This document shows positions 31,298-43,400 of a stretch of 64,000 nucleotides of DNA, piece by piece. Both the position numbers and the translations under genes were made by a program. The notes beneath the pieces were generated by a model. The model had not been told where the DNA came from and did not search any database. It saw only the letters and a list, made by a program, of their open reading frames with translations. Each line of letters opens with the position of its first letter. The stretch's first letter is position 1. The stretch lies in assembly GCA_000165345.1 (NCBI GenBank), contig CM000431.1, positions 32,001-96,000 on the forward strand, in the 5' to 3' direction.

Positions 31298-31982
31298 TGA
31301 CCTGGTTAAGTTAGATTATAATGGAATATAGGAAAATATTTAATATGGACAATAGAAATGTGCGTAAAAGGTCGAGAGAAGTGAGTTATACTGGGACGAA
31401 TTTGAGAGTAACAGTTGGGAGTTGCATACTATTAGCTTTAATATATTGTTTCTAAGAGGAGTTTATGCTGGATTATGATAAAATTTGATAGAATTAGGAT
31501 TTTACTTGGTTATTTAATATAGTGTAAAATAATACTTTTTTTGTGCGGTTAATACTAAAGGAAAAATGTAAATTATACTCGGTACCAGTATTTTCTTTTT
31601 TTTTTAAATTTTTTTAAAAGTTTGACAAATTAAAAAAAAATGATTAATAATCTATAGCTTCTTTCTATTTTTAAAGTTTATTATGGAATTTAAAAAATCT
31701 AGTTTTCTACATGACTAGTGTTTCCGCTTAAAAATCAATATATTAGTGCATTTAAATATTTACATTAAATAGTTTCTTGATGACTAACAGGTTTTTCCCT
31801 TGGTATAAAAGGATTGAATTGACACCAAAGAATTCTTATTGTATAGATTTACTCTTTCGGACTTGTAAAAGATAAAGATAATCCATAAGAAGGTTGAAAG
31901 GAATGAAAAGGAATAGTACAATAAGATTATTTTTACCAATAGGAAAACCTGAAATGATAATAAATGATAAAAATATATATCG

Positions 31983-34900
31983 TCATGAAGCAATATCAAT
32001 GAATTCTGAATTAATTTTGTCAAAGTATGTGGCAGACCTTGGAGGGGTTGGAGGTCTTTCGGAAAGAATGTTTTGGTCCCAATAATTACTATTGTTAAGA
32101 ATCATTCTTGGGTCCTTTGAAGCTGAAGGGAGCAAGATCTTTGGGACAACTGTTAAGTCTCTCTTAATAAATAGTAGAGCTCCCGCATTTTGATGCTTTC
32201 CACAATAATCAGTGGCAGAAAACAAAGTGATAAGCTTGCCACCAGCAAATCTCTCAAATCCGTCTTGTACACATTCGTGGGCTCTAATAATTAGATCCAG
32301 GTTATTTTCACATAGGAACTGGATAACTCTATCAGGACCGAACTTAACGATAAAACCACATCCATCAGGATCTCTGGTGTCATTAGGAACAATTCCCTCG
32401 AGTGAGTCATTATCAGTAGGATCAGACCATAAGAGATCAAGTATTCTCTGTTCATACTCAGTTTGTGGAGTTTGGGAAGGTCTTAATGGACGTTGAATTT
32501 CTTTAATTTGTTCGACTTTATGAATAGAGCCTCCAATTCCACCATGAATACATAATATTCTATCTTCAATAATAGCTCCAACAGGAAGATACTCAAAAAC
32601 ACGGTTAAACCAATTCCAACATGAATCAGGATCATCAGTATCTTCCCTCAACCTTCTCCTACATTCATCTTTAAAGCCATAAAGTGAATTAACAACAGGA
32701 TCTTCATGATTACCTCTAATTAAATGGATTTGTCTTGGGTATCGAATTTTCAATGCAAAAAGCAAACAAATAGTTTCCAAGCTATGACTACCTCTGTCTA
32801 CATAATCCCCCAAAAACAAGTAATCAGTGGAATCAATATCTCCTTTTGCTTCAAAAATATCTTCCAACTCTTCACTGATGGGAGCTTTATAATTATGAAA
32901 GAGTCTCATTAGGTCATAATACTGCCCATGTATATCTCCATAAACTTTAACAGGCGTTCTGAGTTTAAGGACCATATCCTCTTGTTTTACAATACTGAAG
33001 GCCATTTCACAAAGTTGTATGACTTCTGGCCAAGTAAGTGAGAATGCTGCCATATGATTAAATCTAGCGGAAAGTTCAACAGGGGTAATAGTTGGATGAA
33101 GAAATAACTTTAAGCATTTTTCTATTAATCCAGTACCTGGCACTCCCATTGAACTTGGAGTTAACATCCAAGGAGAATCTGCAAGTGCGTGCTTTGCTGC
33201 AACTTTGTCAATTTTCCTTCCTTCCTCTCCAAGTTGGTCAATCGAAACCTTCTGGACAAGCGTAGAAAAGTCATTGTTCATAGAGTCAACAGTAATATGA
33301 ACTCTAGAGCTGACTTTGGTCACAGCAGGAGTTAATCCAATTAATCCCGCAGTAGTCTTATATTCCATTTTGGGTATGTATCTCTTTGAGTCATTTTGCA
33401 GCTGAATATTCGCCCTAGCTATTGCTCTCTCAACATCGGTGAATGGAATATCATTTGATTTAGGGGAGTTATACTCCTGTACATTATTTTGCTCATTAGT
33501 GGTTGAAGAGCCGAGGTCTTCATTGGTTAGATCGCTTCTCGTTTTGTTGGGATCACCAGTTCCAAAAACTAATTGATCCTTTGGCTGAACTCCAATAGTG
33601 TTATATGGAACTCCAATAAGGCTCTTTCGTCTAATTGACCTTTCCTTTTCATTATAGAAGTTTGGCTCTGCAGAACAATCCATAGAAAGTAAATCAACAG
33701 TAGGATGAGTTTGGGTCTTGTGGTCAAATCCTGCAAAACTGAACAAAGTTGATTTTATTGCCCATGCCGAATGCCTAAACCTTTCAATACCAGGCAAATC
33801 TCTCCACTCACAATTTTCAGTGTCATAAAGCATACTTGGCAACACCTTTGAAACATCATCTCCTCTTCCTCCTAATGCTAACATTTTAGATCCAACAAAT
33901 AAAACAACGTGCTGAAATCTTTGGGCAGGAGGCCCTCCCTTTCTGCATGGGGCTTCTATCCAGTCCCATCTTCCATCTCTATGTTGCCTAAGACCCCATG
34001 TATCTCTTAAGCATCGTGAATCGCTTGCTCTCCCTCCATGTACAACTGTCATCCCCGCTGCTGGCCCCTCCGTACACAATGCAGCACTATGGTATACTCT
34101 TGGAAATGGCACTCTCTCATCTCTATCAAACAATACTTGCGTCCACACAAACGGGCTTTCTTCAACATTCATAAACCACACATCATTCAAAGTTCTCTGT
34201 CCATCATTTCCCCCAAATACTATCAAATTAGGTTTGCTGTAGACCATTATATGTCCATATCTTCTCCCAGGAGTCCTTCCTCCACATATTGGCACACTCA
34301 TCCAACCGTAGTGGGGATCCTTTCTTAGGTCCAGTAAATACAATTCGTCGCTGCTCAAGCTTCCACCGCCTATTGGATTTTAATTAAGTTTAAAAGAAAA
34401 GAAATCTTTGAGTTCAGACTTACCTGTAGCGCCTCCATATATAACAAGTTGCATTAAGTCTACACATGCTGACGCATGAGCTGCTCTTGCACTAGGGGGA
34501 TTATCTGCTGTAATCTTCTTCCATTGGAATCCTGCCGAAAAGTCCAGTATATATGTATCTGCTGTAATTGTATATCTTCCATTATCACCAATAGCTCCTC
34601 CAAACAACACAACTACGTATAGTTAAACATATTTGTAACTTATTTTTCCTTTTTTTTCCCAAAATCAACGCCCACTCTACATCTTTCTTACAGGTTTATT
34701 CACATGCAAATAATTTTTATTTTTTGTCCACATGAAATTGCAAAATTTTGGCAATAACAATAAAAATTAAATACCGGCATTTACATGCAATTTTGCGTAG
34801 TGTCAAATTATTAACGAAGGTTAAAGTCAGGTTGGGGGGCTGTTGTGATGATAGCGGCGTAGAAGCGAATGTGGCAAGCATGACGAACAATAGTGAAACA

Positions 34901-35106
34901 CAGTAGTCTTCATAATTTCTGAATTTAGTTCGTTCATAATATCAAATCTTTTTGGGTAAAACCATATAAATAAAACATGTAGAGGAGGCGAAGTATTTTG
35001 GTACAATTTTAGGATTAGACTTACCTTTAGAATTACCAACAAAAGTGGTTGAATGACCAAACCTTGCTGTGGGGATATCCCCAAACATTTGTTCTTTTTG
35101 AGCCAT
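31983..35106 (-). CDS. PPKL: Kelch-repeat serine/threonine protein phosphatase (PPKL/BSU1-type, PP1-like catalytic domain), three exons: 35106..35025, 34612..34424 and 34369..31983. Introns are 412 nt and 54 nt. Product is about 885 aa
   Basis: Exon 1 encodes MAQKEQMFGDIPTARFGHSTTFVGNSK and is followed by G|GTAAGT. Exon 2 (track ORF 34380..34610, whose 'M' is a GTG) begins after TATACGTAG and gives VVLFGGAIG...PPSARAAHASACVDLMQLVIYGGAT G|GTAAGT. Exon 3 begins after CCAATAG with GGGSLSSDELYLLDL... (track 'M' is a TTG). This yields six kelch blades with FGG/YGG/HGG/LGG cores. The catalytic domain carries GDIHGQ, GDYVDRG, GNHE, HGG, RG and H motifs of the PPP family. The C-terminus is ...KINSEFIDIAS. 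Confidence 0.8.
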
Positions 35107-35434
35107 TTTAAAAATTAATTACGGTCAACTGAGACCTTTTCAAATTAAATTTCATCCAATAATTCAACGAATAAATTTCAGTCTAATGCTTTCGATTTTG
35201 AAACTTCATAATTATAGAAATTGATCTAGTATTTTGATTTTTTAGCCACACACAGTTAAGAAACACCCAGTTAGGAGTGGCAATGCCAATAAAAGATGAG
35301 CAAATGAGAGTAAAGCAAGGGCAAAATGATGCCTTCCAATATATTAACGAATAAAGCCCGGATTCTCAATATACTTCATCAACTTATTAATTTTTTTTTT
35401 AAATAATTAGCATAAAATATATTTTAAATAATAA

Positions 35435-35448
35435 CACGTGTTGGCGCC
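35435..35448. promoter_or_regulatory. CACGTG + E2F-like TTGGCGCC in the 5' region of the PPKL gene
   Basis: cacgtgttggcgcc lies about 330 bp upstream of the PPKL ATG at 35106 (minus strand). Confidence 0.35.
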
Positions 35449-35741
35449 TCTTTTATTATAGTATTTACGCAAAAAAATATTAGAGATTTCAAGATCATAA
35501 AAAAATAAATGAAAATTATTAACAAATTCCATAATAGGGTAATGCTTGTTTAAAATAATACTTGTTTTTCATATTTGAAACCTTCTAATAGATTTATTAA
35601 GTCCCATTAGGCTTTCTCTGATAATTTTAAGTGTCTAGTTAATCATCGTAAAAATACAAACATGACTTTTTCACAAAAAATGATTGAGAAATTAAAAAAA
35701 AATTAGCTTATACGAAAAATAAATCTAAAACCTTAGACTGG

Positions 35742-38700
35742 CTAATTACGTAGAAAATCATAAAAATCACAAAAATCTAAATAGTTTTTACCTGGTTTGC
35801 AGCATTCATTTAGAAAGATCTCGGTCCAGTGTATGTGAGCACAGTATTGGACAGAGTTGCTTTGATCAACTCCCAAGAAACGCTCATCTCTTTGCTGATC
35901 ATATGATTGAGAGTTCCCCAACTTGAGGTATTGTTCATATTGTTGGGGCGAAATAGTTTCTGAGCATAGAATGATGTCATCTTCCCATCCGAAAGAAGCA
36001 AGTATGTCTTGAACAGAGACCTTTCCATCTGAATCTTTATCAAAATTCCTGAAAACTGTTTTTAATGCGCTAGTATTATTTAGATACATTTCAGGCTCCA
36101 TTGAAGCAGCAATAAACTCAGAATATTCCCAGGATCCACTTTGATCTTGGTCTATGATACCAAAAATACCTTCTATTCTATTACAAAGCTCATTAAGTTT
36201 GATGATGTCGTCAATATTGAAGCTGCATAGAAACTTTAAAAGCTGGTCTTTATTGAACGTGCTTTGATTTGAAAGTGATTTCAAGTAGTCATCGATGGAC
36301 ATAGATTTGCGGTTTCCAATTTGATTGGAATGATTGAAAGCTCCTTTTTCTGGGCTTTCAATTGCAGAGCTTCGAAATCCTTCATCATAGATCTCATCAA
36401 AGTGGTCCTCTTCAATTTCACTGGCATTATCTATGTAATCTTCAAAACTAGGTTGATTGTTTGGGGAATTTGAAAGAGGAGGAAGAGAAGATGAACGAGA
36501 AGATGCAGATTGGAAGTTATCATTTGAAGTTTGTTTAGGGTGGCATTGCTTGTTCTTGTAATTGCTAGATGAAATCCTTTCAACGTGGAATATAAAACAA
36601 AGAACACATTGTAGTTCAGCAAGAGAAACTACACCATCTGCTGCAACATCAAACCTGTTGAATTGATCTCTGAGTTGATTAAATTCGCAGTTTTCTCCTA
36701 TTCGAAGAGCAATTGAAACTAAAATGACTCTTTTCAGAAGAGTATAGTTACAAAACCGTTCCCAAGATGATATCAGTTTAAGGAGAGGCTTGTAAGCGTT
36801 ACATGTCTTATTATAAATAACGCAGTGGAATAATTGTTCTTTATCGCATACTTTTGAGACGATATTTGGAATTGTAACGTTATTTATGACTGATATACGT
36901 TGACCATTTGCATTCTCGTCTGAATTCTCAAGATATTCATCTATATTTCCTTGTTTTAGATTATTATTTGTTAGTAAATTAGAAAAAGAAAGTGAGGACC
37001 TTGAAATACTGTATGACGTAGTGAATGTAGATGAAGAAGATGAAGAAGACGATATTGAATTGGGTATCGAAATTCCGGAGTAGCTTTTTGACCCATCACA
37101 ACTTCCATGATCTATTGAATTAATAGTAACGTTGCCTTGACAAATGTGATTAAGAACTATAGGGTTCCCACAATGGCAGCCAAAGTGAAATCTTGTATCT
37201 CCAGGAGGAGATAAAATGGAATCTTCTTGGTTTAATAAAGCATTGATAGTTGCTTTGGTTCGAGGAGTAGCTATTTGCTGATCTGTAATTTGAACTAAGC
37301 CAGGGTTATATATAGAACTATTTGGAATACTGGCAAGACTTGGATTAGCGTCTGTATTTGGATAAGCATTGTTCATTGAATAGAGAAGTGGAGTACTACA
37401 GGATCTTTTCAGCATTGAATTTCTATTCACGTTTCTAATTTGACTTCCAGTTGATAAACCATGAGATTCTAAGAACCCTATCATAGATCCTGCTACAGAT
37501 CCTTGCCCTGAGCTAGAGTCTAACCTTGGCGGAGCATTTACTATTTGTGTTTTGAAGAAACCTCCGGTTTCTGGAGAACTGGTAACAACTGGTGTATTAT
37601 CATCAGATCCTGATAAATTATTAAGATCTTCTTCAGAAAGAATATCATTTATTCGTTCTCGATTGGAATATAAACTTGGGGAAGAAATGCTGGATTTGAT
37701 CTTAAGACTACTAATGCCAGATGAAGCTCTGGACTTAGTAACCCTCATTCTCTGTTGATGCCATGGCCAAACAACAATCTTGTTAATCATTCCAATACCA
37801 CAAAGAGGAATGTTCGGCGTGTCCCAAGATCTAAGCCAAGGATGTTGTAATGCTTGGAATGCAGAAATCCTTTCTGATGGGTTCTTATTCAATAATTGAA
37901 GAAGAAAATCTTTGGCTTGAGTGGAGACTTGGCTCCAAATAGATTCTGAAAACGATACACTTCCTCTTCGAACTTTCTCAATGATTTCAGTATCAGTGTT
38001 TCCTGCAAATGGAGGCACTCCACATAATAGAATATGAGCCATTACACCAATTGACCAAATGTCACACTTATCATCATATCCTTTACCTAATAAAATTTCT
38101 GGAGCAATATAATATAATGTACCGACTCTGGTTCTAAGAGTTCCAGTTCTGGTAATTCTTTTTGCCAATCCAAAATCTATAAGTTTAAGAGGACTATTCA
38201 ACTCAAAACAATTACAGTTACATTCACACTCCTTCTCTTGATGGGAAGGTATTGGATATTTAATAGAAGAAGAATTGGAATTTGAAATAGAGTTAGATAC
38301 AGAACCCTTTTTCAAGTACATATTAGCAATAAAGTTTGGACTTCCAAATGGCTCAGAGTTAGGAATAGGTATATCTGTATGACTGAGTTCTCCATTGTTA
38401 GTTTCTTGATCATAACTTTCGTGCCTTTCTCCCACTTCTTTATCACGGTTTTTCTTACAAATCTCTGAATTTGAAGCAGAGAACAAGTGATTGGAAGTAA
38501 TATCACAAATGCCGTTATTGTTACTAGGAGTTATTGTGTTATCGTTGATATTATAGATTAGGGATTGGAGTTGTTGGTTGTTCATACTAGATGGTAAAGA
38601 TCTACAAATCCTAAATCTGTCTTGTTTCAAGTATTTGGATAGAGCAGCCTCTTCATCTTGGAATAACTGGCTACTTTTCTGTTCAAAAAGGCAGTGCTTG

Positions 38701-39284
38701 CAGTTAATATTGGACTTTGAGTGCAGAAACAAGAAGTTCTCAGGTTTAAGGTCTCTATGAACAATTCCCTTAGAGTGACAATAAGAAATTGCTGACAACA
38801 TTTGCTTAATTAAGTGGGCAGTTACTCTTTCTGAAAACCTTCCAACATGAGAAAGACGATCAAATAGCTCTCCTCCAGTGCAAAGCTCCATAATTAAGTA
38901 AATAGAGTTATAATCTTCAAAAGATTCGAATAACTTTGCGATATTTGGGTGATCTAAAATACTCAAAAGCTGCATTTCCTGTCTAAACCGGAAGATTTCA
39001 CCAGAAAATTGCTTCGGAATCTTCTTTGCTGCTCTGAGTATTCCTGAGCATCGCTCTTCCACAATATAAACTGCTCCCCAGCTCCCCTCTCCTACTTTCT
39101 CTCCCAGTTTATAATGGTTTTGAATTGGAAGGTAGCTGGTCCCCACAAATGAGTCTCTCTTAATTGGAGGTTTTGGTGTTTGGTTTGAGAGTCCAAATAC
39201 TGATGAATCTCTACTCAGCTTGCTTTCTGATGTTTCAACTTCTATATTATTTTTCGATTCCTCTCCATCCTTAATGCTCTGCAT
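35742..39284 (-). CDS. CDPK-like Ser/Thr kinase with C-terminal EF-hands, 1180 aa. It has atypical insertions in the kinase domain and the linker
   Basis: Kinase motifs: GEGSWGAVY, AAKKI, HRDLKPEN, DFGLAKR, GTLYYIAPE, DIWSIGV. About 190 aa are inserted between HRDLKPEN and DFG. About 550 aa of Ser/Asn-rich linker follow. EF-hand loops DVAADGVVSLAE, DQDQSGSWEYSE and DKDSDGKVSVQD are present, plus a degenerate fourth (KPGKNYLDFCDF). Confidence 0.8.
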   Translation of the reverse strand: MQSIKDGEESKNNIEVETSESKLSRDSSVFGLSNQTPKPPIKRDSFVGTSYLPIQNHYKLGEKVGEGSWGAVYIVEERCSGILRAAKKIPKQFSGEIFRFRQEMQLLSILDHPNIAKLFESFEDYNSIYLIMELCTGGELFDRLSHVGRFSERVTAHLIKQMLSAISYCHSKGIVHRDLKPENFLFLHSKSNINCKHCLFEQKSSQLFQDEEAALSKYLKQDRFRICRSLPSSMNNQQLQSLIYNINDNTITPSNNNGICDITSNHLFSASNSEICKKNRDKEVGERHESYDQETNNGELSHTDIPIPNSEPFGSPNFIANMYLKKGSVSNSISNSNSSSIKYPIPSHQEKECECNCNCFELNSPLKLIDFGLAKRITRTGTLRTRVGTLYYIAPEILLGKGYDDKCDIWSIGVMAHILLCGVPPFAGNTDTEIIEKVRRGSVSFSESIWSQVSTQAKDFLLQLLNKNPSERISAFQALQHPWLRSWDTPNIPLCGIGMINKIVVWPWHQQRMRVTKSRASSGISSLKIKSSISSPSLYSNRERINDILSEEDLNNLSGSDDNTPVVTSSPETGGFFKTQIVNAPPRLDSSSGQGSVAGSMIGFLESHGLSTGSQIRNVNRNSMLKRSCSTPLLYSMNNAYPNTDANPSLASIPNSSIYNPGLVQITDQQIATPRTKATINALLNQEDSILSPPGDTRFHFGCHCGNPIVLNHICQGNVTINSIDHGSCDGSKSYSGISIPNSISSSSSSSSTFTTSYSISRSSLSFSNLLTNNNLKQGNIDEYLENSDENANGQRISVINNVTIPNIVSKVCDKEQLFHCVIYNKTCNAYKPLLKLISSWERFCNYTLLKRVILVSIALRIGENCEFNQLRDQFNRFDVAADGVVSLAELQCVLCFIFHVERISSSNYKNKQCHPKQTSNDNFQSASSRSSSLPPLSNSPNNQPSFEDYIDNASEIEEDHFDEIYDEGFRSSAIESPEKGAFNHSNQIGNRKSMSIDDYLKSLSNQSTFNKDQLLKFLCSFNIDDIIKLNELCNRIEGIFGIIDQDQSGSWEYSEFIAASMEPEMYLNNTSALKTVFRNFDKDSDGKVSVQDILASFGWEDDIILCSETISPQQYEQYLKLGNSQSYDQQRDERFLGVDQSNSVQYCAHIHWTEIFLNECCKPGKNYLDFCDFYDFLRN

Positions 39285-39460
39285 CTTTTCCTTCTTTTCT
39301 ACTTAAATACATGTTATTTCTCAAAAAAAATGCTTAACACACTGAGTTATTCCCCATAAGCATACTTTAGATAGCTTAATTTGGCAAAAAACTTTGTTTA
39401 CGATATCTATATTTCTAGTTGTATATTTTCTTTGAATTCATTTTCAATCGGTACCGCCTA

Positions 39461-39593
39461 GGCGCCAATGATAGAGAGATAAAAGGGGAGGCCCAATAAA
39501 ATTAAAGTAAATTATCAATAGTGGCTATTGCATGCGCGAATATATTTTTATTGGGAAGTAATATTTTTGCGAATTTTAATTATTGCATGCAAT
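39461..39593. promoter_or_regulatory. Shared bidirectional promoter region (CDPK-like on minus, 40411 gene on plus) carrying GGCGCCAA, TTGCATGCGCG and ATTGCATGCAAT
   Basis: Motifs at 39461-39468, 39528-39538 and 39582-39593 lie in a 1.1-kb divergent intergenic region. A further GGCGCGCCAA is at 39821-39830. Confidence 0.45.
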
Positions 39594-40410
39594 ATGGAAA
39601 TATGTTTATTTTCATGAACAGTTCTAGATAGGGGTTAGATTTTCTAACTGAATATTTGCGGTAGACTCATTTTCAATAAAAACAGATAAAAGTAGTCAAA
39701 CAATTCATTGTTTGGATACTATCTAGGCTAATTTGGTGCTAATATTCACAAAGGTTTTAATATAATATACATCCTTTCCCCCCCCTTTTAAAGCCATGCA
39801 AAAAAAAAGAAAATAAATTAGGCGCGCCAAGACACGTAATAATGTGTGTAATTGTGTGTTTAGATAATTAATATAAATGTAAATGTCAAGAAGACAAGAG
39901 GAAAAAAAAACCAGCGGAGTTTTGTAGAGGTCAGGGAAATTGGATTTTTTTGTTAAGCAAGAAATAATTAAAATAATTGGAAAAAGGTTCGAGGAAGCCA
40001 GGGAATTGCTCATTTAATATATATTTGGTAGAAAGAAATATCTAATGATTTGATATTAAAGTGGAAGAAACTAAAATTTGCCAGTGGGTATTAAATCTTA
40101 ATGAGGAGTTCTCCTTCCTCCTCTAAAACAAAGCAATTTTAACAATAGCATGCTTACGTTAATTTTGGAGTGGTTGAATAAGACTTCCAAAAAGTGAGGA
40201 TCAGACAAATCAACAAGAAATAGGATATTATTAGTAGAAAAAAGAGAATTTGATTTGTAGTATTGATTTACAAAACCATAAATACTACAAATATACCAAT
40301 ATTTAGTAAATATCAAAGATTCAAAAACAAGCCGTATATGAAGATTTATAATCCTGAAATAAACTACTAAATAACAAGTTAAAAACGATAAATAAGTTAA
40401 TAGAAGAAAT

Positions 40411-43400
40411 ATGGGAACAAAATTAGTGAGTAATATTAAGAATTTCATTATATCTGGAAGAAATCAGAATGGTATTAAAGGGTTGGTTAAAGGTTCTTAT
40501 CCTAATGGATATAGGAATTTTGGTCCAGATCTAGACAGGATGATGCTACCACTAAACAAGAAATATGTAGACGAGAGTAAATTAGTGGATAGTATTAATG
40601 AAGAAATAAATAGTATTGGGGGTTGTAGTACAAGTGGAGGAGGAAAGGATAATTATTACCTTTCAGTATTGAAATGTCTGGTGGAATTTATACAATGGGA
40701 TATTAAAAAGGAAAGAGAGAATTACGCAAAGTATGGTATGTTTTTATTTTTGAAATTATTGGAAGGCTACAAAGATCATTGGGTTGATTCTATAAGGCTT
40801 ACAGCGTTTATTAGGAATCAGTCAGAGGCGTGGCTATCAAAGGACAGCGGCGCATTACAGTATTACGGAAAGTGGATAATATTAGGAAATATGAAGAGAA
40901 GTTTGGAAAAGAATAGTCATTTGTATTATAAAGAGTTCGAAGGTTTGAGTAATGATGGTGCCCATATAGTTTCTACAAATCCTAATATTGGACAAAAGTA
41001 TCCAGGATTATCTGCCAATTCTTTACCTATTAAAATGTGTACATTAAGCAATAAGTTGGTTGAAATGTTATGTAAATGCGTTATCAATATAAATAACAGA
41101 CTGGAAAGTAAGAATGGAAAAGAAAAATTAAAAGGATGCAAAAATAGTATAATTACTGAAGAACAAAGTTTAAAAGCAAATGAAGTCAGTAATAAGGATT
41201 TGATAGAAGTTACATTAATACTCGAGATTATATTGCTTGGATTCTTAATGGAAGGTGAAATATTTGGGGAGAAATCTGATGCTTTAATTTCTGAATTTGT
41301 AATACCATCTTTAGCATCTATAATAGATTCAAAGCTTATATTAAGTTATTGTCTATCCTTTCACAATGTAAAATATTATTTGAATGAAAATGGTCCAGGA
41401 AGGTCATTATATAATACGATGGAAATATTCAGAGAAGATAGTAATTTATTCTTTCAAGGAGATAAAGCAACTATAAATGAATTGATTGAGAGTTTATATA
41501 TGAGATTTTTATATTTAATTGAAACTTTGAGTATAATTTTTTTAAAAGAATTTCAAGAAGAAAAAGCAATGCAACAAAGATGTTCTGAAACAATATCTGG
41601 AAAAGTAACATCAGAAATTGAGGATGATTCAGTATCTCAGAGCACTTCATTAAATAATTTTAATAATAATATTAGCAATAATGAGTTGGGTTTAATTCAA
41701 AGATTTAAAGTACAGGATAGAATTAATATATTGCCATTAAAATTCAAGAGCCTAAATGATAAGTTATATTCATTATGTTATTATCCATACATATTAACAT
41801 CTGATATTTGCTTAAGTATATGTAGAGGAAATTCTGATTATACAGTGGAACTAATAACATTATTAACTTGCGCTTTAAGATATCATACAATAAATACAGG
41901 TTATTCAGAAGATTTTCAAAGATTATTTCAGAATACTGATCCATTATTTATAATAGATGAGTTAATGGTTTCAATTTCAGGAGGTAATGATGAGATTCCA
42001 AGATCAATATTGTATTACGAAACACCACAATATTGTTATAGTTTGTTACGTTGTTTACATAGGGTATTATGTTGTTGCCCAAGAATTGTTGGTATTTCAA
42101 GATTAGTTTCAACTTTGATTAATTTGATTGATGTAATATTACCACTTTATGACTTAAATGGTACATTATGTTCAAGATCAAAGAATTTTGATGGCCAGAT
42201 AAGTAATATAGGGAATAATAGGGGAGGTATGGCAGGAGGTGATATAGGCAAATGTGCATTATTAATGAGAAATGTGGCATTTCAGGTAGTGTTTGATATA
42301 ATGTGTATATTAAGTGATACATCTCAAGTATTCTATGTTATTAGAGTACTAGTTAAAGTTCGAGATTGGTGTGGATCATGCTTATTAGATTTAATAAGAA
42401 GGTGCCAAAGACTTGCATCACAAAGTAGTGAGATGGGGAATTTAAATAAAAGAAGTTTAAGTACCTATAATAGCCAATTAAAGAGCAATAATGTTGGTGG
42501 AGTAAATGGCTTGACAACAGCAGTAAATCAAAAGTATGATAAGTTGGATTTAAGGACAAGGGTTGGTGCAACAGGATTATTACAAACTTCAAATAAAAAG
42601 ATTAGTGAATTAGGTAATATTAATAATACTTCAGAAGGTTCAAAGCTAGTACAGAATTCAAGCTTGGTTGGAGGAATTAGTGGTAGTGTTGCATCATATA
42701 ATTCAGGAATTGATTTATCTTCTTATCTTAATATAGGAGGATTAAGAGAGTTTGATTTGGAAATAGTGAACCCATCGTTTTGGAGTGCATCAAAAATATT
42801 GGAGATTGCAGGTATAAATAGAAAATGGATAACAGGCCAAATTGGTAATTCAGGTAACAATTATATAAGTATGAATTTCACTGGTGGAGGGGCTGGTGGA
42901 GGTGGAATGATTAATGGTTTAAATGGAAATAATAGCAATAATATGTCAATAAGTAGTGGAATATCTTCTGGATTATCTAGTGATATAATAGTATCGTCAA
43001 AAACTACTCAGGTAATTTTCAACAGAAGCGAAAATATGGGAAGCAATAATAGTGGGAATTCTGGATTAGGAGGTGCATTGAGAACTGATGTAATAGGAGG
43101 ATCAACAAAATCTATTCCTTCCACTAACACTAATATTATTACTGCTACGACCAATGCTACTACTACTACTACTTCTGCTACTAATGCTGCTACTGTTGTC
43201 ACATCTTCTACAACAACTTCTTCACCTTCAGCAATAACAATAGGTGCAGGGAATATATCATCATCAGGTTCATCTAATTATGGAAGTATTTCATCACCAA
43301 AAGCAGTAGTTCTTCCTTCATCAAATTATTGTTATGATTACAGTAGTGAAGATGAGGAGAATGAAGATTATGATTTTGATGATATAGACACTAGTAGTGA

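Noticed and set aside
34827-35084. 85-aa minus-strand ORF (MGISPQQ...) called upstream of the phosphatase
   Set aside because: It starts at a TTG and lies mostly inside PPKL intron 1. The true exon 1 (MAQKEQMFGDIPTARFGH...) is in a different frame, and its translation completes the first kelch blade.
39723-40448. Two minus-strand ORFs (96 and 116 aa) in the CDPK/40411 divergent intergenic region
   Set aside because: They are AT-rich hydrophobic chance ORFs inside a promoter region dense with regulatory motifs. There is no homology signal, and the second overlaps the start of the 40411 gene.
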